Below, in pieces: positions 58,164 through 64,000 of a stretch of 64,000 bases of DNA. Numbering within the stretch: position 1 is the first letter of the stretch; each line of letters opens with the position of its first letter. The DNA comes from an uncultured Armatimonadetes bacterium. Its GTDB lineage: Bacteria; Armatimonadota; UBA5829; DTJY01. The notes beneath the pieces were generated by a model, which was not told the origin of the DNA, ran no database searches, and saw only the letters and a list, made by a program, of their open reading frames with translations. Position numbers and translations under genes: made by a program. The stretch is from contig OY970325.1 of assembly GCA_963717145.1 (NCBI GenBank), positions 4,928,001 through 4,992,000 of the forward strand. Reading direction: 5' to 3'.

Positions 58164-61100
58164 ACTCAGCGCGAGGCTGTGGCAGATCGAGAGCAGCTAT
58201 CACACACCTGAGGTGTGAGTATCTGGTCAACCCCCAAGGCGTTGATGTGACGAACCCTCGTCTGAGCTGGGTGCTGGAATCAGCCCAACGGGGCGTGGTT
58301 CAAACCGCCTATCAGATACTCGTGTCACGAAGCGAAGATGCCCTCGCTCGCGACAAAGGCGATCTCTGGGACAGCAGCAAGGTCGAGTCGGACCAGTCTA
58401 TCCACGTCGTGTACGCGGGCAGCCCCTTGACATCCCGCCTTGGGTGCTGGTGGAAGGTCCGGGTCTGGGACAATCATGGAGATCTCTCGAAATGGAGCAT
58501 TCCTGTCTCGTGGACGATGGGCCTCCTCGATGGATCGGACTGGAAGGCCGGGTGGATCGGCCTCGATGGCGGCGACAACCCCGACTGCTTGGCGGACGCA
58601 CAGTGGATCTGGTTCCCGGGCGAATCCGTGCAGATGGCAGAGACGGCCGGCAAGACACGGTACTTCCGCCGAACGGTAGACATACCCAATGGGGACGAGA
58701 TCAGCGGCGCCCGTCTGACGATCGGCACACAAGGTAGGTTCGCGGTCTCAGTCAACGGCGAGCGGGTCGCGCAATGGGCGCGGACGGTCTTCGCGCCGGT
58801 TTCTGAGGTCGATCTGGAGAGATATCTGAGGCCGGGGGCGAATATCATCGCGGTGGCGGCTTCGGTGAGCGACCAGAGCGATCATCCCTCGGGGCTCATC
58901 TGCGCGCTGACTGCCGAGTTTGAACCCGGCGAGCCGCTGATGATTACCTCCGACTCGAGATGGAAAGTCTGCGCAAGCGAGATGGATGGGTGGGAAGATC
59001 CGGGATTCGACGACTCCGGCTGGCCGAGCGCCGAAGAGCTTGGCAGGAACGGAACACCCCCATTCCCCACAGTCCCGGGAGACGACTATCGGCGGCTGCC
59101 CGCGCGCATGCTCCGCCGGGAGTTCAATGTGGGCGGGGCGATAAGGCGAGCCACCGCCTATATGTGCGGCCTCGGGCTCTCCGAGTTGTACATCAACGGC
59201 AGCAGGATCGGCGATCACGTTCTCTCGCCGGGCCTCACCGACTACAACAAGCGCGCTCTCTACGTCACGTATGACGTTACAGACGACCTCCGGGCCGGCG
59301 TCAATGCACTCGGAGTGATCCTCGGCAACGGACGGTATTTCGCGCCCCGCCGGAGTGCGCCAACGAACACCATCAACTACGGCTATCCCAAGCTCCTCTT
59401 GCAGTTGGAGATCGAGTATCACGATGGCTCGATCGAGACCGTTCTGAGCGATGAGTCATGGAAGCTTACCGACAAGGGCCCTATCCGCGCGAACAGCGAA
59501 TACGATGGCGAGATCTACGACGCCAGGAGGGAACTGAACGGCTGGAACAGGCCGGGATTCCAGGATTCAGGCTGGCAGAAGGCCGAGATGGTCGATGCGC
59601 CGGCGGGCGCGCTGAGTTCCGAGATGGCCGAGCCGATCCGGGTGATGGATACGCTGCGTCCGATAGCGATCACCAGTCCGAGGTCCGGAGTCCACATCTT
59701 CGACATGGGGCAGAACATGGTTGGTTGGTGCCGCCTGCGGGTCGAGGGGCCAGCGGGAACCAGGGTCTATATGAAGCATGCCGAGAAGCTGAGACCCGAC
59801 GGCACGCTCTACCTCGACAATCTACGATCGGCCAAAGTCACCGACGTCTATACCCTCAGGGGCGAAGGAATCGAGGTCTATGAACCCAGGTTCACGTATC
59901 ACGGCTTTAGATACGTCGAGATAACAGGGTTCCCGGGCACGTCTGATCTCTCCGCGCTTCAGGGAGTAGTCGTACACGATGCCTTGGAGCGAACAGGTGA
60001 GTTCTCATGCTCAAACCCGCTCCTGAATCGGATCTACCGCAACATCTACTGGGGCGTGAGAGGGAACTACCGAAGCATTCCCACGGACTGTCCGCAGAGA
60101 GACGAGCGACAGGGATGGTTTGGAGACAGGGCGCAGGTATCGAAGGGCGAGATGTACATCTTCGACACCGCCGCGCTCGATACCAAGTGGATCAGGGACA
60201 TGGAAGACTCTCAGGTCTCAGACGGAAGCCTTCCGGATATCGCGCCCGCCTTCTGGCCTTTCTACACCGGCAGCATCACGTTTCCTACCGCCGCGCTCGT
60301 CATTCCAGGGCATCTCTACCACGTGTACGGCGACCTGCGGATACTGGAGACTCACTATGCCTGCATGCGACGGTGGGTCGAGAAGATGATCCCGAACCTG
60401 ACCGACTTCACGATGCCCAGGGACACGTATGGGGATTGGTGCGTGCCGCCCGAATCGCTGGAGATGATCTGGTCGGCTGACCCAAACCGGGTGACCGACC
60501 GGGCGCTGGTTTCCACGGCCTACTTCTACTACGACCTGCGTCTGATGGCCCGTTACGCCCTGCTTCTGGGTATGAATGATGACGCCTCTCGCTACAACGA
60601 TTTCGCCGACCACGTCAGGGTCGCGTTCAACGCCAAGTTCTTCGATCCCGTGACTAGTGTTTACGACAACGGCACTCAGACATCGAGCGTCCTCCCTCTG
60701 GCATACGGCCTTGTTCCGGACGATCACAAGGCGCGTGTCTTCGCCAATCTGGTCGAGAACATACTGGTCAAGACTGATTGTCACATCGGTACGGGCATGA
60801 TCGGCTGCCAATGGCTCATGCGGGCGCTCTCGGACAACGGGAGGCCTGATGTCGCCTGCAGTTTGGCCGTACAGACGAGCTACCCGAGTTGGGGTTACAT
60901 GGTGGAGCAGGGCGCGACTACGGTCTGGGAGCTGTGGAATGGCGATCATGGTGACCCCTTGATGAACTCCGGCAACCACGTCATGCAGATCGGGGATCTC
61001 CTGACGTGGCTGCACGAGTATGTCGGAGGCATAGCGCCGGACGAGGCTTGCCCGGGGTTCAAGCATACGATCATGCGCCCCCGGGTCATGGGGGACCTGA

Positions 61101-61384
61101 CGTCCGCTAAGGCGTATCACAAGTCCATGTACGGCAGGATATTGAGCGACTGGAAGATCGAGAACGGAACCTCTGAGTGGCGGATCGAGGTCCCGGCAAA
61201 TACGACGGCCACTGTCTATATGCCCTCAGATGACCCCGAGAGCATCCTGGAGAGCGGCAAATCCGCGAAGGACGCAGTTGGCGTAGAATTCCTGCGGATG
61301 GAGGACGGCCGGGCGGTCTTCGAGGTGGGATCCGGCTGCTACGTGTTCACTTCTCCGGCTACTTCTGCTCGAAGTGGTAGTTGA
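58160..61384 (+). CDS. Alpha-L-rhamnosidase (GH78)
   Basis: LRCEYLVNP, PRLSW, DMGQNMVGW, FTYHGFRYVE, PTDCPQRDERQGWFGD, GATTVWELWN, MNSGNH. Confidence 0.93.
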   Translation: MNSARGCGRSRAAITHLRCEYLVNPQGVDVTNPRLSWVLESAQRGVVQTAYQILVSRSEDALARDKGDLWDSSKVESDQSIHVVYAGSPLTSRLGCWWKVRVWDNHGDLSKWSIPVSWTMGLLDGSDWKAGWIGLDGGDNPDCLADAQWIWFPGESVQMAETAGKTRYFRRTVDIPNGDEISGARLTIGTQGRFAVSVNGERVAQWARTVFAPVSEVDLERYLRPGANIIAVAASVSDQSDHPSGLICALTAEFEPGEPLMITSDSRWKVCASEMDGWEDPGFDDSGWPSAEELGRNGTPPFPTVPGDDYRRLPARMLRREFNVGGAIRRATAYMCGLGLSELYINGSRIGDHVLSPGLTDYNKRALYVTYDVTDDLRAGVNALGVILGNGRYFAPRRSAPTNTINYGYPKLLLQLEIEYHDGSIETVLSDESWKLTDKGPIRANSEYDGEIYDARRELNGWNRPGFQDSGWQKAEMVDAPAGALSSEMAEPIRVMDTLRPIAITSPRSGVHIFDMGQNMVGWCRLRVEGPAGTRVYMKHAEKLRPDGTLYLDNLRSAKVTDVYTLRGEGIEVYEPRFTYHGFRYVEITGFPGTSDLSALQGVVVHDALERTGEFSCSNPLLNRIYRNIYWGVRGNYRSIPTDCPQRDERQGWFGDRAQVSKGEMYIFDTAALDTKWIRDMEDSQVSDGSLPDIAPAFWPFYTGSITFPTAALVIPGHLYHVYGDLRILETHYACMRRWVEKMIPNLTDFTMPRDTYGDWCVPPESLEMIWSADPNRVTDRALVSTAYFYYDLRLMARYALLLGMNDDASRYNDFADHVRVAFNAKFFDPVTSVYDNGTQTSSVLPLAYGLVPDDHKARVFANLVENILVKTDCHIGTGMIGCQWLMRALSDNGRPDVACSLAVQTSYPSWGYMVEQGATTVWELWNGDHGDPLMNSGNHVMQIGDLLTWLHEYVGGIAPDEACPGFKHTIMRPRVMGDLTSAKAYHKSMYGRILSDWKIENGTSEWRIEVPANTTATVYMPSDDPESILESGKSAKDAVGVEFLRMEDGRAVFEVGSGCYVFTSPATSARSGS

Positions 61385-63062
61385 ACCGCCTGTCCGGGGC
61401 GCTATCGCCGCTGACAGCGAACTCGATGACGTCATCCGTCTTCTGGATGTTGTCCGCCCAGTGGAAGTCGAGCACGACCTTCTTCCCATACAGCCCGAGT
61501 TCCTTGCGCGGAATGCCGATCTCCATCTTGTTGCCGGCCACCCGGTACTTCACGGCCGACACCGGCTTCCAGTTCCAGCCGTCGGACGTTCCCATGAGCG
61601 AAGTTATTGAGGAACCCGGCTGGTAGTTCGCAAGGTAGTTGTAGCCGTGCCAACCGGTCGAGGGATCGCAGTCCCCATCGATGAAGAGTAGCATCCAGTT
61701 GCCCTCCTCGGGCGGCGTGATCGCGTCCTTCGTCTCCACGTGGAAGTAGACGTTCTCCGCATCATAGGCCACCTTGGCACGTGCGAAGTCGTTCCGCCCG
61801 GTGGTGTTGACATACGGACCCGCGCTGCCCCAGCCTTTCCAATCGCGGTGCTCGGTGTCGCCGATCCAGTCGCGGAACTCCGGCTTGATGAGCGTCCAGT
61901 CGGCGAACCGGCCGTCGATCTGCATCGTCCTTGGCGCACTCGGCATCTCGGGCTCGCGGACACCTTTGTAGCGCCGGATACCGTCGATCATCTGGTAGTA
62001 GTAGTTGTCGGTATGGCCGCCCTGCATCGGTTCGGCATCCCGACTGTACTCCTGGTTGTATTCATCCACGAAGTAGGAGAGCCCGCTCTTTGGTTCGATG
62101 TACCGCATGGCGACCCACTCGTTCCATCCCGTGATGAAGATGAACTTGGGGTCTATCTTCAACGCCCGCTCCCACTGTTTGGCGAAGTATATCCCCTTGC
62201 CTGTCTCCGACGTGTCGGCCGGCTGTTTCGTGCCGTCGTTGCTGCGTCCCACCTGTGCGAGTGCAAGTGTCGCGCTGCCGACCGACATCTCCTCCGCGAC
62301 GCCCTTCTCGTGCCAGCCCGGCTCCTGAGGATAAGGATCGAGCCACGTCCACCTGTCCTGTCCATCGCCGAACCAGGCCCAGTCCTTCGGATCGTGTCCA
62401 AACCAGGTGTATCGCACAGTGAAGTATTCCTTCAACTCGGGTGTCAACTCATCAGGCGTGGCGAGGATGAGTGGCTTCCCCTGCCAGCGAAACCACAGCT
62501 CGGGGTACAGGTTCTTGGAGTAGAAGTTGTCATATAGCTCCTGAACCACTTTGCCGCTGTACGAGTGGGTAAGGAAGCATATCTGAGGAGTGTGTCCGCC
62601 TTCTCTGCGTATCTGCGAAAAGATGCCGCAAATCCTGAGATAGTTGGCGGGATATGTGAATGCGTTCGTGACGTCGAAGATCAGGGTATCGACTCCGGCA
62701 TTGGTCAGCATCGCGCAGTGCTTGCGGATGACGTACGGGTCGGTGGAAAGATAGTAGCCGAGTTCCGATTCGCCCCAGTGATGGAAGGCATTCTCGGGTC
62801 CGTATTGCGGGTCAGTCGGGTTGGCTGAGAGGATCCTGGTGATATCGTACGGGCCACCCTGTCCGTGCTCACCGAGCCAGATGAAGTAGAATACTCCGAC
62901 GTACCTGTCCTTTCTCGGAGGCCCGCACTCTTTGTATTGGGGGAGTCTGCGTCCGAGGGCATCGGTTGCAGTCCAGGTATCACTTCTTAGGTCCCAATCC
63001 ACCGCGAAGGCGCTCGCAGCCAGTGACAATACGATCGTCGTGCACAGAAGCAATCTTGCCAT
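61359..63062 (-). CDS. Secreted GH99/GH71-like glycoside hydrolase
   Basis: VGVFYFIW, HHWGESELGYY, AGVDTLIFD, ITGWNEW, C-terminal DGRFADW domain. Confidence 0.65.
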   Translation of the reverse strand: MARLLLCTTIVLSLAASAFAVDWDLRSDTWTATDALGRRLPQYKECGPPRKDRYVGVFYFIWLGEHGQGGPYDITRILSANPTDPQYGPENAFHHWGESELGYYLSTDPYVIRKHCAMLTNAGVDTLIFDVTNAFTYPANYLRICGIFSQIRREGGHTPQICFLTHSYSGKVVQELYDNFYSKNLYPELWFRWQGKPLILATPDELTPELKEYFTVRYTWFGHDPKDWAWFGDGQDRWTWLDPYPQEPGWHEKGVAEEMSVGSATLALAQVGRSNDGTKQPADTSETGKGIYFAKQWERALKIDPKFIFITGWNEWVAMRYIEPKSGLSYFVDEYNQEYSRDAEPMQGGHTDNYYYQMIDGIRRYKGVREPEMPSAPRTMQIDGRFADWTLIKPEFRDWIGDTEHRDWKGWGSAGPYVNTTGRNDFARAKVAYDAENVYFHVETKDAITPPEEGNWMLLFIDGDCDPSTGWHGYNYLANYQPGSSITSLMGTSDGWNWKPVSAVKYRVAGNKMEIGIPRKELGLYGKKVVLDFHWADNIQKTDDVIEFAVSGDSAPDRRFNYHFEQK

Positions 63063-64000
63063 TCATTGCCCCACGATCTCGTGCTCGGTGCTCACGGTCG
63101 CGCCCCGGTCGTCGGTTATCGTGAGGAAATACATGACCGGCCGTGCGTCGCAGAGCCGGGCTTTTATCTTAGAGCCATCGATTGTCGCATCGACGGAAGT
63201 CCACTTCCGCTCGAATGACTTCGCGGTCAGGTCGGTTGTGTAGTGCAGGGACGCCGTCACGATCGGTCTTCGCGACGTGAATGTTCCGCTTACTTCGGAG
63301 CCGCGGCGTTTGCCGGCCCGTATCGCGGCGAGCGGCATGCCGCCCCTGAGGTGCTGGTCAACGAACAGGCCGATCTCCACGGGCGCCCAGCCGTCCTCGT
63401 GCGAATGCTTGAGGTCCGTGGTAATGCGGATGGTGCGGTTCTTCACGAGGCGATAGGTCTTCTGGTAGATGTCCATCCAGTACGCGAAGTCATTGGTTCC
63501 GTTGACAAACATCACCGGCATAGTGGCCTGGCCCACATACACGGACGGATCATAGTTGGCGATCCAGAGCTTGTTCTGCTCCGCGGTCAGTTTGCCGGGC
63601 GCTCCGGGCGATGTGAACAGATCGCTCCACGCGGATGGCTGATAGATAAACCCACAGCCATAGACGGGAACGGCCACCTTCAGCCGCTGGTCCAGACCGG
63701 CCACTATGCAGGTCAGAAATCCGCCCCAGGAAATACCTGTGATGCCGATCCTGTTCGGGTCCACCTCGGGCAATGACGAGAGCAGCGACACGCCCCTGAT
63801 CACTGAGGCCACCGCGTGGTACGTCCAGAACTCCTTGAGCTGATCCTGGAAGAAGACCGACTCATCCGTCTGCTCGGGTCCGCCGTCGGGGAGGTGCTGC
63901 CCATCCGGCCCGTTTCCGCGACAGTCCATGGCGATGGCAACGTACCCACGGTCCGCCCACATCTTCGCCCATTCGGCGAAGGCCTTGCCTCCCCCGCCGT
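63063..64000 (-). CDS. Alpha/beta hydrolase (acetyl xylan esterase-like), 5' end outside the window
   Basis: ..GGGGKAFAEWAKMWADRGY, RIGITGISWGG, NGTND, HSH. Confidence 0.8.
   Translation of the reverse strand, partial: GGGGKAFAEWAKMWADRGYVAIAMDCRGNGPDGQHLPDGGPEQTDESVFFQDQLKEFWTYHAVASVIRGVSLLSSLPEVDPNRIGITGISWGGFLTCIVAGLDQRLKVAVPVYGCGFIYQPSAWSDLFTSPGAPGKLTAEQNKLWIANYDPSVYVGQATMPVMFVNGTNDFAYWMDIYQKTYRLVKNRTIRITTDLKHSHEDGWAPVEIGLFVDQHLRGGMPLAAIRAGKRRGSEVSGTFTSRRPIVTASLHYTTDLTAKSFERKWTSVDATIDGSKIKARLCDARPVMYFLTITDDRGATVSTEHEIVGQ

Overview
Bacterial window with two distinct parts. Approximately 1-43.6 kb is an IS-riddled accessory island that looks lower in GC by eye. It carries a split, PKS-free AHBA (3-amino-5-hydroxybenzoate) biosynthetic system. 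The right arm (36.5-42.5 kb) holds rifN/rifJ/rifK/rifM-like genes, an ACP and an acyl-AMP ligase. The left arm (3-12.4 kb) holds a BtrH-like protein, a GT2, two near-identical B12 radical SAM enzymes, a PIG-L deacetylase, a TIM-barrel epimerase, a PLP aminotransferase and SpeD. Between the arms lie three tandem GT9 glycosyltransferases, FkbM, LCP, GT2, a PPTase, an ABC-2 exporter and two alpha/beta hydrolases. Approximately 43.6-64 kb is a GC-richer carbohydrate-utilisation region (sugar ABC transporter, UroD-family protein, six-hairpin glycosidase-like proteins, GH78, GH99-like protein, esterase, REP/BIME-like repeats). The main patterns seen directly in the DNA are three. (1) IS elements of four unrelated families sit 5-6 or 15-16 bp upstream of the -35 box of near-consensus sigma70 promoters that point away from them; two ISNCY-like elements have target duplications abutting TTGAC. 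(2) Two tandem paralog arrays are near-identical at DNA level except at short patches predicted to be substrate-binding. (3) A ~90-bp promoter+leader cassette occurs twice, 30 kb apart, in front of unrelated genes. All product calls come from motif recognition by eye; no database searches were run. Many single-base frameshifts may be assembly errors.
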